From Eledone cirrhosa (lineage: Eukaryota): DNA of 64,000 nt. The stretch lies in NCBI GenBank assembly GCA_964016885.1, contig OZ024760.1:18848001-18912000 (forward strand). Direction: 5' to 3'. A program made the translations under genes and the position numbers. The notes below the pieces were generated by a model, which was not told where the DNA came from, searched no databases, and worked only from the letters and a program-made list of their open reading frames with translations. Positions 20,985 through 36,907 of this stretch are shown piece after piece; position 1 is the stretch's first letter, and every line of letters starts with the position of its first letter.

Positions 20985-21390
20985 AAACTAACAATAACAA
21001 AAATAACAATAACAGCAACAACAACAACAATGAGAATAACAACAACAACATCAACACCAGCGCAAAACAAAAAAAATGTGTCGTTTGCCAAAGCAGCCAA
21101 GAAAAGCGAAACAATCGAGGTAAGCCAGGATGAATTGAATGAAGCCAAGCGAATGGTAAAAAAGATATGGGTACAGGGTCAATCCCCCCATCTAATAAAA
21201 TGGAGCACCGGCGCCTATGCACCGTGTCATATCGGACGATAAACACAAAATCACGCCGAGTGGAACGGGCATCCGAATCCCAGATACAAAAAGGTTTGGG
21301 ACATGTGTGAGCGCAAAAATCCCACATCAGACGTGGGCAGAAATATGAAACCGTGGACGTGTTCTTTGGAACCCCACAGGAACAAATCAA
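20985..21390 (+). mobile_element. Possible LINE ORF1 5' remnant
   Basis: Thr-rich stretch, then NVSFAKAAKK...TVSYRT...[12 protein letters not shown] with a frameshift and a stop. Coding-like composition ends abruptly at (TA)n. Confidence 0.3.
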
Positions 21391-21626
21391 TAATATATAT
21401 ATATATATATCTATATATATATATATATATATCTATATCTATCTATCTCTATCTATATATATATATATCTATCTATATCTATCTATCTATATATATATAT
21501 ATATATCTATATGTATATATATATATATATCTCTCTATATATAGATCGATCGATCGATAGATCGATCGATAGATAGATAGATCGATAGATAGATAGATCT
21601 ATCTATCTATCGATCTATCTATCTAA

Positions 21627-21658
<32 letters not shown>

Positions 21659-21757
21659 TCATATGTAATTCCTCAAACGTAACATGTGTGGGGAATTGAT
21701 AAGAAAATATTATAAATCACTATTAGCATTTCTATTAAGAGTTGACAATGGAGAATA

Positions 21758-21793
<36 letters not shown>

Positions 21794-21916
21794 GGAGGTG
21801 AGTTTTATTGTAGTACAATAAAGCAATGCAGATATCGGATAAGAAGCACTCTACAGTTTGTAGGACTGGAGTATACATAATATAAGATCAAAAGATGGTT
21901 AAAGGAGTTCCATATA

Positions 21917-21983
21917 TTTTATTATGCGCATTTCAAAAACAAACATCATCAAGCAATAATATTTGTGTTTTCATCAGATAAAA
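21917..21983 (-). ncRNA. Type I hammerhead ribozyme
   Basis: Reverse complement of the 22108-22174 motif. Confidence 0.75.
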
Positions 21984-22107
21984 CAGGAGAACATGATATG
22001 AAGGCTAAAAAACACTTGTTGATAGTGCAGTTTTATGCAGTTTGATATGTTGATTTAAAACTGCACTATCAACAAGTGTTTTTTAGCCTTCATATCATGT
22101 TCTCCTG

Positions 22108-22174
22108 TTTTATCTGATGAAAACACAAATATTATTGCTTGATGATGTTTGTTTTTGAAATGCGCATAATAAAA
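22108..22174 (+). ncRNA. Type I hammerhead ribozyme
   Basis: ttttat-CTGATGA-long stem II-GAAA-t gcgc ATA-ataaaa. Confidence 0.75.
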
Positions 22175-22206
22175 TATATGGAACTCCTTTAACCATCTTT
22201 TGATCT

Positions 22207-22242
<36 letters not shown>

Positions 22243-22306
22243 ATATATATATATATATATATATATCGATATATATATATATATATATATATCGATATAT
22301 ATATAT

Positions 22307-22593
22307 TCCACGAATACTTCATCAGAATTCAAGGCCCCTTCAGTCATGACTATAGGGCTATGGACATGTGGTTAAAATGTCTCAGAAATAAATCGCTAGA
22401 CAGATTTTATGGGCAAAACCAACCGACAGGAGACCCAGGGGTAGACCCCGAGCAAGATGATTGGATAACATCCTTGAGCTCGGCTGGCCTTGTCTGGGGA
22501 TACAGCTGGATCAATTGGAGACTGTTTGCTTCTGACAGGACCCACTGGAAGGAAAGTTTGAAGGCTCTACCTCCACGACTTTCTCAGAAGTAA
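22307..22593 (+). mobile_element. RTE-clade LINE 3' end remnant (seed of the 94 bp array)
   Basis: Broken frame GYGHVVKMSQK*IARQILWAKPTDRRPRGRPRAR*LDNI...ASDRTHWKESLKALPPRLSQK*, a typical RTE C-terminus. Confidence 0.75.
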
Positions 22594-25500
22594 GTGTGAA
22601 GAAGAAGAGAGACTGTTGCTTCTGACAGGACCCACTGGAAGGGGTGTTTGAGGACTCTACCTCCACGACCTTCTCAGAAATAAGTGTGAAGAAGAAGAGA
22701 GAGAGACTGTTGCTTCTGACAGGACCCACTGGAAGGAAAGTTTGAAGGCTCTACCTCCACGACCTTCTCAGAAATAAGTGTGAAGAAGAAGAGAGAGAGA
22801 CTGTTGCTTCTGACAGGACCCACTGGAAGGAAAGTTTGAGGACTCTACCTCCACGACCTTCTCAAAAATAAGTGTGAAGAAGTAGAGAGAGAGAGACCGT
22901 TGCTTCTGACAGGACCCACTGGAAGGAAAGTTTGAGGACTCTACCTCCACGACCTTCTCAAAAATAAGTGTGAAGAAGTAGAGAGAGAGACCGTTGCTTC
23001 TGACAGGACCCACTGGAAGGAAAGTTTGAGGACTCTACTTCCACGACCTTCTCAAAAATAAGTGTGAAGAAGTAGAGAGAGAGAGACCGTTGCTTCTGAC
23101 AGGACCCACTGGAAGGAAAGTTTGAGGACTCTACCTCCACGACTTTCTCAGAAGTAAGTGTGAAGAAGAAGAGAGAGAGAGACTGTTGCTTCTGACAGGA
23201 CCCACTGGAAGGAAAGTTTGAAGGCTCTACCTCCACGACTTTCTCAGAAATAAGTGTGAAGAAGTAGTGAGAGAGACTGTTGCTTCTGACAAGACCCACT
23301 GGAAGGAAAGTTTGAAGGCTCTACCCCCACGACTTTCTCAGAAATAAGTGTGAAGAAGTAGAGAGAGAGACTGTTGCTTCTGACAGGACCCACTGGAAGG
23401 GGTGTTTGAGGACTCTACCTCCACGACCTTCTCAGAAATAAGTGTGAAGAAGTAGAGAGAGAGAGAGACCGTTGCTTCTGACAGGACCCACTGGAAGGAA
23501 AGTTTGAAGACTCTACCTCCACGACCTTCTCAGAAGTAAGTGTGAAGAAGTAGAGAGAGAGACTGTTGCTTCTGACAGGACCCACTGGAAGGAAAGTTTG
23601 AAGACTCTACCTCCACGACCTTCTCAGAAGTAAGTGTGAAGAAGTAGAGAGAGAGACTGTTGCTTCTGACAGGACCCACTGGAAGGAAAGTTTGAAGGCT
23701 CTACCTCCACGACCTTCTCAGAAGTAAGTGTGAAGAAGTAGAGAGAGAGACTGTTGCTTCTGACAGGACCCACTGGAAGGAAAGTTTGAAGACTCTACCT
23801 CCACGACCTTCTCAGAAGTAAGTGTGAAGAAGTAGAGAGAGAGACTGTTGCTTCTGACAGGACCCACTGGAAGGAAAGTTTGAAGGCTCTACCTCCACGA
23901 CCTTCTCAGAAGTAAGTGTGAAGAAGTAGAGAGAGAGACTGTTGCTTCTGACAGGACCCACTGGAAGGAAAGTTTGAAGACTCTACCTCCACGACCTTCT
24001 CAGAAGTAAGTGTGAAGAAGTAGAGAGAGAGACTGTTGCTTCTGACAGGACCCACTGGAAGGAAAGTTTGAAGGCTCTACCTCCACGACCTTCTCAGAAG
24101 TAAGTGTGAAGAAGAAGAGAGAGAGACTGTTGCTTCTGACAGGACCCACTGGAAGGAAAGTTTGAAGGCTCTACCTCCACGACCTTCTCAGAAATAAGTG
24201 TGAAGAAGAAGAGAGAGAGACTGTTGCTTCTGACAGGACCCACTGGAAGGGGTGTTTGAGGACTCTACCTCCACGACTTTCTCAGAAATAAGTGTGAAGA
24301 AGAAGAGAGAGAGACCGTTGCTTCTGACAGGACCCACTGGAAGGAAAGTTTGAAGGCTCTACCTCCACGACTTTCTCAGAAATAAGTGTGAAGAAGAAGT
24401 AGAGAGACCATTGCTTCTGACAGGACCCACTGGAAGGAAAGTTTGAAGGCTCTACCTCCACGACTTTCTCAGAAATAAGTGTGAAGAAATAGAGAGAGAG
24501 ACTGTTGCTTCTGACAGGACCCACTGGAAGGAAAGTTTGAAGGCTCTACCTCCACGACCTTCTCAGAAGTAAGTGTGAAGAAGTAGAGAGAGAGAGACCG
24601 TTGCTTCTGACAGGACCCACTGGAAGGAAAGTTTGAAGGCTCTACCTCCACGACCTTCTCAGAAGTAAGTGTGAAGAAGTAGAGAGAGAGAGACCGTTGC
24701 TTCTGACAGGACCCACTGGAAGGAAAGTTTGAAGGCTCTACCTCCACGACCTTCTCAGAAATAAGTGTGAAGAAATAGAGAGAGAGAGACTGTTGCTTCT
24801 GACAGGACCCACTGGAAGGAAAGTTTGAAGGCTCTACCTCCACGACTTTCTCAGAAGTAAGTGTGAAGAAGAAGAGAGAGAGACTGTTGCTTCTGACAGG
24901 ACCCACTGGAAGGAAAGTTTGAAGGCTCTACCTCCACGACTTTCTCAGAAGTAAGTGTGAAGAAGTAGAGAGAGAGACTGTTGCTTCTGACAGGACCCAC
25001 TGGAAGGAAAGTTTGAGGACTCTACCTCCACGACTTTCTCAGAAGTAAGTGTGAAGAAGAAGAGAGAGAGACTGTTGCTTCTGACAGGACCCACTGGAAG
25101 GAAAGTTTGAAGGCTCTACCTCCACGACCTTCTCAGAAATAAGTGTGAAGAAGTAGTGAGAGAGACTGTTGCTTCTGACAGGACCCACTGGAAGGAAAGT
25201 TTGAAGGCTCTACCTCCACGACCTTCTCAGAAATAAGTGTGAAGAAGAAGAGAGAGAGACTGTTGCTTCTGACAGGACCCACTGGAAGGAAAGTTTGAAG
25301 GCTCTACCTCCACGACTTTCTCAGAAGTAAGTGTGAAGAAGTAGAGAGAGAGACTGTTGCTTCTGACAGGACCCACTGGAAGGAAAGTTTGAGGACTCTA
25401 CCTCCACGACTTTCTCAGAAGTAAGTGTGAAGAAGAAGAGAGACTGTTGCTTCTGACAGGACCCACTGGAAGGAAAGTTTGAGGACTCTACCTCCACGAC

Positions 25501-28500
25501 CTTCTCAGAAGTAAGTGTGAAGAAGAAGAGAGACTGTTGCTTCTGACAGGACCCACTGGAAGGAAAGTTTGAAGGCTCTACCTCCACGACTTTCTCAGAA
25601 GTAAGTGTGAAGAAGAAGAGAGAGAGACTGTTGCTTCTGACAGGACCCACTGGAAGGGGTGTTTGAGGACTCTACCTCCACGACCTTCTCAGAAGTAAGT
25701 GTGAAGAAGTAGAGAGAGAGACTGTTGCTTCTGACAGGACCCACTGGAAGGAAAGTTTGAGGACTCTACCTCCACGACCTTCTCAGAAGTAAGTGTGAAG
25801 AAGAAGAGAGAGAGACTGTTGCTTCTGACAGGACCCACTGGAAGGGGTGTTTGAGGACTCTACCTCCACGACCTTCTCAGAAGTAAGTGTGAAGAAGTAG
25901 AGAGAGAGACTGTTGCTTCTGACAGGACCCACTGGAAGGAAAGTTTGAGGACTCTACCTCCACGACCTTCTCAGAAGTAAGTGTGAAGAAGAAGAGAGAG
26001 AGACTGTTGCTTCTGACAGGACCCACTGGAAGGGGTGTTTGAGGACTCTACCTCCACGACCTTCTCAGAAGTAAGTGTGAAGAAGAAGAGAGAGAGACTG
26101 TTGCTTCTGACAGGACCCACTGGAAGGAAAGTTTGAGGACTCTACCTCCACGACCTTCTCAGAAGTAAGTGTGAAGAAGAAGAGAGAGAGACTGTTGCTT
26201 CTGACAGGACCCACTGGAAGGGGTGTTTGAGGACTCTACCTCCACGACCTTCTCAGAAGTAAGTGTGAAGAAGAAGAGAGAGAGACTGTTGCTTCTGACA
26301 GGACCCACTGGAAGGAAAGTTTGAGGACTCTACCTCCACGACCTTCTCAGAAGTAAGTGTGAAGAAGAAGAGAGAGAGACTGTTGCTTCTGACAGGACCC
26401 ACTGGAAGGAAAGTTTGAGGACTCTACCTCCACGACCTTCTCAGAAGTAAGTGTGAAGAAGAAAAGAGAGAGACTGTTGCTTCTGACAGGACCCACTGGA
26501 AGGAAAGTTTGAAGGCTCTACCTCCACGACTTTCTCAGAAGTAAGTGTGAAGAAGAAGAGAGAGAGACCGTTGCTTCTGACAGGACCCACTGGAAGGAAA
26601 GTTTGAGGACTCTACCTCCACGACCTTCTCAGAAGTAAGTGTGAAGAAGAAGAGAGAGAGACTGTTGCTTCTGACAGGACCCACTGGAAGGAAAGTTTGA
26701 GGACTCTACCTCCACGACCTTCTCAGAAGTAAGTGTGAAGAAGAAGAGAGAGAGACTGTTGCTTCTGACAGGACCCACTGGAAGGAAAGTTTGAGGACTC
26801 TACCTCCACGACCTTCTCAGAAGTAAGTGTGAAGAAGAAGAGAGAGAGACTGTTGCTTCTGACAGGACCCACTGGAAGGAAAGTTTGAAGGCTCTACCTC
26901 CACGACTTTCTCAGAAGTAAGTGTGAAGAAGAAGAGAGAGAGACCGTTGCTTCTGACAGGACCCACTGGAAGGAAAGTTTGAGGACTCTACCTCCACGAC
27001 CTTCTCAGAAGTAAGTGTGAAGAAGAAGAGAGAGAGACTGTTGCTTCTGACAGGACCCACTGGAAGGGGTGTTTGAGGACTCTACCTCCACGACCTTCTC
27101 AGAAGTAAGTGTGAAGAAGAAGAGAGAGAGACTGTTGCTTCTGACAGGACCCACTGGAAGGAAAGTTTGAGGACTCTACCTCCACGACCTTCTCAGAAGT
27201 AAGTGTGAAGAAGAAGAGAGAGAGACTGTTGCTTCTGACAGGACCCACTGGAAGGGGTGTTTGAGGACTCTACCTCCACGACCTTCTCAGAAGTAAGTGT
27301 GAAGAAGAAGAGAGAGAGACTGTTGCTTCTGACAGGACCCACTGGAAGGGGTGTTTGAGGACTCTACCTCCACGACCTTCTCAGAAATAAGTGTGAAGAA
27401 GAAGAGAGAGAGACTGTTGCTTCTGACAGGACCCACTGGAAGGAAAGTTTGAGGACTCTACCTCCACGACTTTCTCAGAAATAAGTGTGAAGAAGTAGAG
27501 AGAGAGACCGTTGCTTCTGACAGGACCCACTGGAAGGGGTGTTTGAGGACTCTACCTCCACGACCTTCTCAGAAATAAGTGTGAAGAAGAAGAGAGAGAG
27601 ACTGTTGCTTCTGACAGGACCCACTGGAAGGAAAGTTTGAAGGCTCTACCTCCACGACCTTCTCAGAAATAAGTGTGAAGAAGAAGAGAGAGAGACTGTT
27701 GCTTCTGACAGGACCCACTGGAAGGAAAGTTTGAGGACTCTACCTCAACGACCTTCTCAGAAGTAAGTGTGAAGAAGAAGAGAGAGAGACTGTTGCTTCT
27801 GACAGGACCCACTGGAAGGAAAGTTTGAAGGCTCTACCTCCACGACCTTCTCAGAAATAAGTGTGAAGAAGTAGAGAGAGAGACTGTTGCTTCTGACAGG
27901 ACCCACTGGAAGGAAAGTTTGAGGACTCTACCTCCACGACCTTCTCAGAAGTAAGTGTGAAGAAGTAGAGAGAGAGACTGTTGCTTCTGACAGGACCCAC
28001 TGGAAGGAAAGTTTGAAGGCTCTACCTCCACGACCTTCTCAGAAATAAGTGTGAAGAAGTAGAGAGAGAGACTGTTGCTTCTGACAGGACCCACTGGAAG
28101 GAAAGTTTGAGGACTCTACCTCCACGACTTTCTCAGAAATAAGTGTGAAGAAGTAGAGAGAGAGAGACCGTTGCTTCTGACAGGACCCACTGGAAGGAAA
28201 GTTTGAAGGCTCTACCTCCACGACTTTCTCAGAAATAAGTGTGAAGAAGTAGAGAGAGATACCGTTGCTTCTGACAGGACCCACTGGAAGGAAAGTTTGA
28301 GGACTCTACCTCCACGACCTTCTCAGAAGTAAGTGTGAAGAAGAAGAGAGAGAGACCGTTGCTTCTGACAGGACCCACTGGAAGGAAAGTTTGAGGACTC
28401 TACCTCCACGACCTTCTCAGAAATAAGTGTGAAGAAGAAGAGAGAGATACCGTTGCTTCTGACAGGACCCACTGGAAGGAAAGTTTGAAGACTCTACCTC

Positions 28501-28890
28501 TACGACCTTCTCAGAAATAAGTGTGAAGAAGAAGAGAGAGATACCGTTGCTTCTGACAGGACCCACTGGAAGGAAAGTTTGAAGACTCTACCTCCACGAC
28601 CTTCTCAGAAATAAGTGTGAAGAAGAAGAGAGAGATACCGTTGCTTCTGACAGGATCCACTGGAAGGAAAGTTTGAAGGCTCTACCTCCACGACCTTCTC
28701 AGAAATAAGTGTGAAGAAGAAGAGAGAGAGAGACTGTTGCTTCTGACAGGACCCACTGGAAGGAAAGTTTGAAGACTCTACCTCTACGACCTTCTCAGAA
28801 ATAAGTGTGAAGAAGTAGAGAGAGAGACCGTTGCTTCTGACAGGATCCACTGGAAGGAAAGTTTGAAGACTCTACCTCTACGACCCTCTC
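22518..28890 (+). repeat. 94 bp tandem array, ~68 copies, derived from the RTE 3' terminus
   Basis: Unit gagactgttgcttctgacaggacccactggaaggaaagtttgaaggctctacctccacgaccttctcagaagtaagtgtgaagaagaagagaga, with a few recurrent variants. Confidence 0.97.
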
Positions 28891-29399
28891 ACCAATACGT
28901 GAGCGAGAAAAAAAAGTATGCTGTCCGAGACTCTAGCGCTAATACCATTCCATCGCCTTCCATCACCCTATAATATAATTATATACAATAACAGCTTAAG
29001 CCATTGCATTTAGCTATCGTATGTCATTATTTTTGACTAAATGCTGATCAAATATGAATTGTTTCATGTTAAATAAGAAGATTAAGCATTCAAACGTTTT
29101 TTTTCAAACATAAATTTTTCCATATCCCAGAACACTGTAATTATCTGTCTTTTAACGAATTATCTATTATTACAGCCATATATTTATGTCTCCATATGAC
29201 ACACGAATACAACAGTTAATACTTATTATCTTAACCCACCCAACCCTTCGTTAATCGTAACATGCAACGCTGGTGTGTTTAAAGAACTCCTTATGCAACT
29301 ACGCACGTTCGAGTGTAGTTTGTTCCAAAGTGTCGTCTGCTATAATCTCGGGTTCCAAGGGTTCCAAGAATATAGTAAACGGAGTCTGTGCAAAATCCC

Positions 29400-29453
<54 letters not shown>

Positions 29454-29457
<4 letters not shown>

Positions 29458-29637
29458 TTAATATAGATGAGATTCTACAGGACTAGAACTGTTTCATTCT
29501 TTAGAAATCATCCTGATGATTTCTAAAGAATGAAACAGTTCTAGTCCTGTAGAATCTCATCTATATTAAAACTTTTATACTCTGCAATGTATTGAGTACC
29601 TTACTTACTGTGGTTACCTCCGATTCAACCCGGAATA
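29454..29637 (+). mobile_element. Penelope-type hairpin-plus-tail mini-insertion (59 bp perfect arms, 5'-truncated HHR)
   Basis: Arms 29454-29512 and 29515-29573 around a 2 nt loop at the CUGAUGA core. Tail tatactctgc...caacccgg also occurs at 17459-17519 and 30316-30375. Confidence 0.75.
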
Positions 29638-29640
29638 ACG

Positions 29641-29699
<59 letters not shown>

Positions 29700-29722
29700 A
29701 TATATATACATGTATTCCCCGC

Positions 29723-29756
<34 letters not shown>

Positions 29757-29758
29757 GA

Positions 29759-30283
29759 TAACTTTCTTTTTATTTGCCACCAGGGCACCAAAAGTGGGAC
29801 AAGTACAAAGGGGGGAGTTTACATGCAAAGGCGTCCTCAATATGGAGGAGGCAATACAAGATATAAAAGTATAAAAATAAAATAAAATATAACAAAATAA
29901 ATTTTATAACAAAATCCTCAATAGGGAGGAGGCGCCTTGGGGGGTCGCACCCACCCACGAAAAAAAGTGTGCAACCCTTCTCCTCAGGAGCACAGAGAGG
30001 GGTGCTCCCTTGGTCTTTCATCTTCCTCACCTATAGTCTGATGTAGAGTGAAGGCCCATTCACACGGGCCATTCTCGCCACTTTCACCCATCTTTCATAA
30101 AGACGGCTGGGGTACAGCACCTCTCTCTCCATCCTGATCCTTCTTCCGAAATGATATCGGAAGAAACGGACCAGTTGTTGGCCAGAGAGAAAGGTGTCTG
30201 ACCTCAGTCCTTTCAGACGCGTCCACCATACAACCTCTTTCGCCATGGCTATTACGCACAGAAACACCGCCTCTCCTTCGCTT
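29759..30283 (-). mobile_element. Tx1/L1-like LINE 3' end (ORF2 C-terminus plus 3' UTR)
   Basis: AVFLCVIAMAKEVVWWTR...FFRYHFGRRIRMERE...ERWVKVA*, then a 3' UTR ending gccctggtggcaaataaaaagaaag. Flanked by (TA)n. Confidence 0.6.
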
Positions 30284-30315
30284 TATATATATATAGATAG
30301 ACATAGATAAGTTTA

Positions 30316-30502
30316 TCCCGGGTTCAAACGGGGGTAACCACAGTAACTAAGGTACTCAATACATAGCAGAGTATACATATTTAATATAGAAATGGCTTCT
30401 ACAGGACTAGAACTGTTTCATTCGGGAGAAATCATCAGGGCTTCCTCATGATTTCTTCTGAATGAAACAGTTCTAGTTCTGTAGAAGCCATTTCTATATT
30501 AT
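30316..30502 (-). mobile_element. Penelope-type hairpin-plus-tail mini-insertion with two HHR copies
   Basis: Tail 30316-30375. Left arm: minus HHR truncated just 5' of the core. Right arm 30439-30489: ggcttc-CTCATGA(mutated)-...-GAAA-cag..ctGTA-gaagcc. Confidence 0.75.
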
Positions 30503-30509
30503 ATATATA

Positions 30510-30735
30510 TAAATCGACCCTAGTGCATTAGTGGGTCTTTTTTTATTGGCCCCGTAAGAATGAAAGACAAAGCTAACCTCGGCGGGATTTGAACTCAAAC
30601 TAATGACAATTACATTGTTTCTACCTTTGGCACAAGGCCAGCAATTACCCGAGTGTATTACTGGTACTTTATTTTATTGGTGCCCGTAAGGATGAAAGGT
30701 AAAGCTAACCTTGGTGGGATTCGAACTCAAACTAA
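30510..30735 (-). mobile_element. Two partial SINE copies
   Basis: Same central motif and B-box (gggatttgaactc). Confidence 0.7.
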
Positions 30736-30848
30736 TGATAAAAATAATGGTTTCTGATTTAAGCACAAAGCTATCTATTTATCTATCTATAGAAGGAAGG
30801 TGAGATGTATGTATGTATGTAAATATATGTATGTAAATATATATATAT

Positions 30849-31050
30849 ATAGGAAAAAGTATGACCCCGACGGCAGAGCTCAAGCCGTTTCGACGGCTAT
30901 TTCTGGCTATTTCAGTCCAGAAATAGCCGTCGAAACGGCTTGAGCTCTGCCGTCGGGGTCATACTTTTTCCTATTTCCTACTCCACTACCCTAAGTATTG
31001 AGTACTCTGGTGCGTTATGGTCCATCTGGTTCCTTACCACAATTCCTTTG

Positions 31051-31051
<1 letters not shown>
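30849..31051 (+). mobile_element. Penelope-type hairpin-plus-tail mini-insertion (58 bp arms)
   Basis: Arms 30849-30906 and 30917-30974. Contains an HHR 3' half, GAAA-cggc..gccGTC-ggggtc. Tail shared with 48866-48942. Confidence 0.75.
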
Positions 31052-31108
<57 letters not shown>

Positions 31109-31681
31109 GAATAATCGAGTATCGAAAAATCGGCGCACGAGTTCACGATAAACAAAATTCGATATGAGCGGCAGAGTGCTCCATAATTTAGATAAATCAG
31201 AGCTATAACTATCGTTAATATACCGTCACACATAGAACAAGTCTATAATCAACCGTACGATCGAAAATTTGCGATCCGGAAGACTCGGGACACTCAGATA
31301 AAAAATCAATAAATCAATAAATTAAATGAATGTAAAAAGCATACCCGGACCCGCTAGGAAGATGTTAAATCTAGCTTCTTGGGTTTCTGTAAATCCTTAA
31401 ACTGTTCTCTATCAGCTCACATAAAAATATATAAGACTTCTAGATAACAGTGGACAGGAAAATTTACTTCATCAACGAGCTTTGTCCAAACGAATGAAAT
31501 GGCATAACCCAAGCTAAATACGCACATGGAATTCGGCAAGGGAGATAACCTCTACATCCGCGAAAAATATTCGGGAAAATGTGGAAATACACATATCGAA
31601 TATATGCAGGCTGGAGCACTCGACGAAGTGCGCAGGTTGGTTTGGTTACTCCGGAGTAGTGTCTATACCATACTAATTCAA

Positions 31682-31736
31682 ACTGCCTGAAGAGGTCACA
31701 GCCAAAGATGGCTGTCACTGAAATATATATAGCAGT
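31682..31736 (+). ncRNA. Type I hammerhead ribozyme
   Basis: actgc-CTGAAGA-ggtc acagcca aaga tggctgt cact-GAAA-tatatATA-gcagt. Confidence 0.8.
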
Positions 31737-32257
31737 AATAAACGAAGCTAAATTTTAATCATTTGACTTTTATTTAACTTTATTTTATATATATATATAA
31801 TAATTAGTAATTCGCTTAAATGTATTAAGTGGAGGACAGGAGACTGAAAATCATTAAAACTGAGTAAATATAGATTTATGTAAGTATAATTTAGTTATGT
31901 TGAGATAAAAGTGTTGTATTAATAGATGAAACCGCCATAAATTGGAAGGGATATATTCCAAATATCAGGCTCTGAAATATAATATATATATATGTCGACA
32001 TTGTCTAGGTATTAGATATAAATATCTGTATTTATGTATATATAATGTATGAGATTATACACGCACGAGTATATAAATATGCTTATATGTATATATAAAT
32101 AAATATACACAGGTGTGTATGATTGTGTATAGAAGATTATATTAATAAAAAGAATTCCAACTTTGTCTGATTTACTCGTTTTATTTACAATCCTTTAAAA
32201 TGTATAATGGTATTAGAATGAAATTCTATGGTAGAGTATTAAATGTTAAGTGTTAGT

Positions 32258-32296
32258 TGAACAAGTACTTTCATGCTTTCGCAATCTTCAGGTTCA
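32258..32296 (-). ncRNA. Minimal type I hammerhead ribozyme (39 nt)
   Basis: Minus strand: tgaac-CTGAAGA-t tgc GAAA gca t-GAAA-gtaCTT-gttca. Palindromic AAGTACTT at stem III. Confidence 0.75.
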
Positions 32297-32334
32297 TATT
32301 CTGTGGTGACAGTCAAGTTTGCAATTTTGAACTA

Positions 32335-35645
<3,311 letters not shown>

Positions 35646-36141
35646 ACCCACACAGAGAGACACAGTCATCTATATGTTTATGTTTGTATATTTAGAAACA
35701 TACTGATTAAATTTCCGTTTTATGGTGCAGTCTTCTTGGCAGGTCAGATTAGTGAAAGAACTAGCTTCCTGGACAGAGTAATCAGTCGATAGATATAGAT
35801 TGCATATAGTTCATGTTTGCATATCTATGTAAACAGCTGCACAGAGACACATATCTATCTATACACAGCCATTAGACTTAGGTCAGGTACACACACGCAT
35901 ATATATATATACACCTACACACACACACACACGCACACGCTTAAAAAACACTTGTGAATAGTGAAGTTTTAAATCAACATATGTTGATTTTAAACTGTTT
36001 TGATCTTATATTATATATACTCCACCCCCTCCCTCTTTCTCCCACTGGCAGGTTTAGCCACCATTTTTTTTTTCCCCTACTAATTTGCAATCACAGAATT
36101 ACTACTGACTTTTGACAATCACTTTGACCATATATGGAATT

Positions 36142-36250
36142 ACCTCTTGAGAAGATCGGCTATTTAAATACCAGGATAAATTTTCATTTAGTCCAGAATT
36201 AGCCGTCGAAACGGCTTGAGCTCAGCCGTCGGGGTCTTACTGGTTCCTAT
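36142..36250 (+). ncRNA. Degenerate hammerhead of the 30849/48742 family
   Basis: acctc-ttgagaa(degenerate core)-gatcggcta...tagccgtc-GAAA-cggct..agccGTC-ggggt. Confidence 0.4.
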
Positions 36251-36356
36251 ATATATATATATATATATATAGTTCAATATTTACATATCTATGTAAACAG
36301 GTACACAGAGACATATATCTATGCAGTCACAAGGCTTTGGTCAGGCACATACGCAT

Positions 36357-36401
<45 letters not shown>

Positions 36402-36404
<3 letters not shown>

Positions 36405-36772
36405 CATGTAGGGACTCCCAAAGGAGCACTGAGTGCAATGTCAACTCTGGATGTCGGTGAGCATGTCCAGCCAACCTCAGTCTCCTCTGTGTCACTTTTG
36501 AGCTGACTTTTGGGATGCTCCCATACAGCTCTGAGTTTTTCATCCTCAGTGTATACTGATTAATGTTCAGAGCCATCCTCAGCATTCTCGTGGACACACT
36601 ACATGGACACACTAGAAGAGGAAGACCAAGGTTAACGTATGTTGATGCCCTAAGGACAGACACTGGTCTGTTGGAGATGCAGGATATGGCAGCGATAATG
36701 AGGGACAGAGACCGCTGGAGAGAACTCGTCCATGGATCTCGGGAATTTTACCCGCCTTAGATAGATAGATAT
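36402..36772 (+). mobile_element. 5'-inverted RTE/RTEX LINE 3' fragment
   Basis: Minus part (36402-36590): RMLRMALNI...[28 protein letters not shown]...WESLHG. Plus part (36596-36760): LHGHTRRGRPRLTYVDAL...MRDRDRWR, then a (TAGA)n tail. Confidence 0.8.
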
Positions 36773-36870
36773 ATATAGTTCATGTTTACATATCTATGTA
36801 AACAGCTACACAGAGACACATATTTATACACAGACACAAGGCTTTGGTCAGGCACCCATATGCATATATA

Positions 36871-36907
<37 letters not shown>

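Larger units (their letters stand above)
21790..22214 (-). mobile_element. Penelope-type mini-insertion: 159 bp inverted arms plus ~87 nt tail
   Basis: Arms 21877-22035 and 22056-22214 are reverse complements around a 20 nt spacer. Tail at 21790-21876. (TA)n flanks. Related copy at 52933-53770. Confidence 0.8.

Noticed and set aside
22518-28890. 94 bp array as a CRISPR array, retrozyme array or repeat protein
   Set aside because: No unique spacers or cas genes, and the context is eukaryotic. ctgacagga is not a CUGANGA core and no HHR helices form. The ORFs are short by-products, and the unit is explained as an RTE 3' end.
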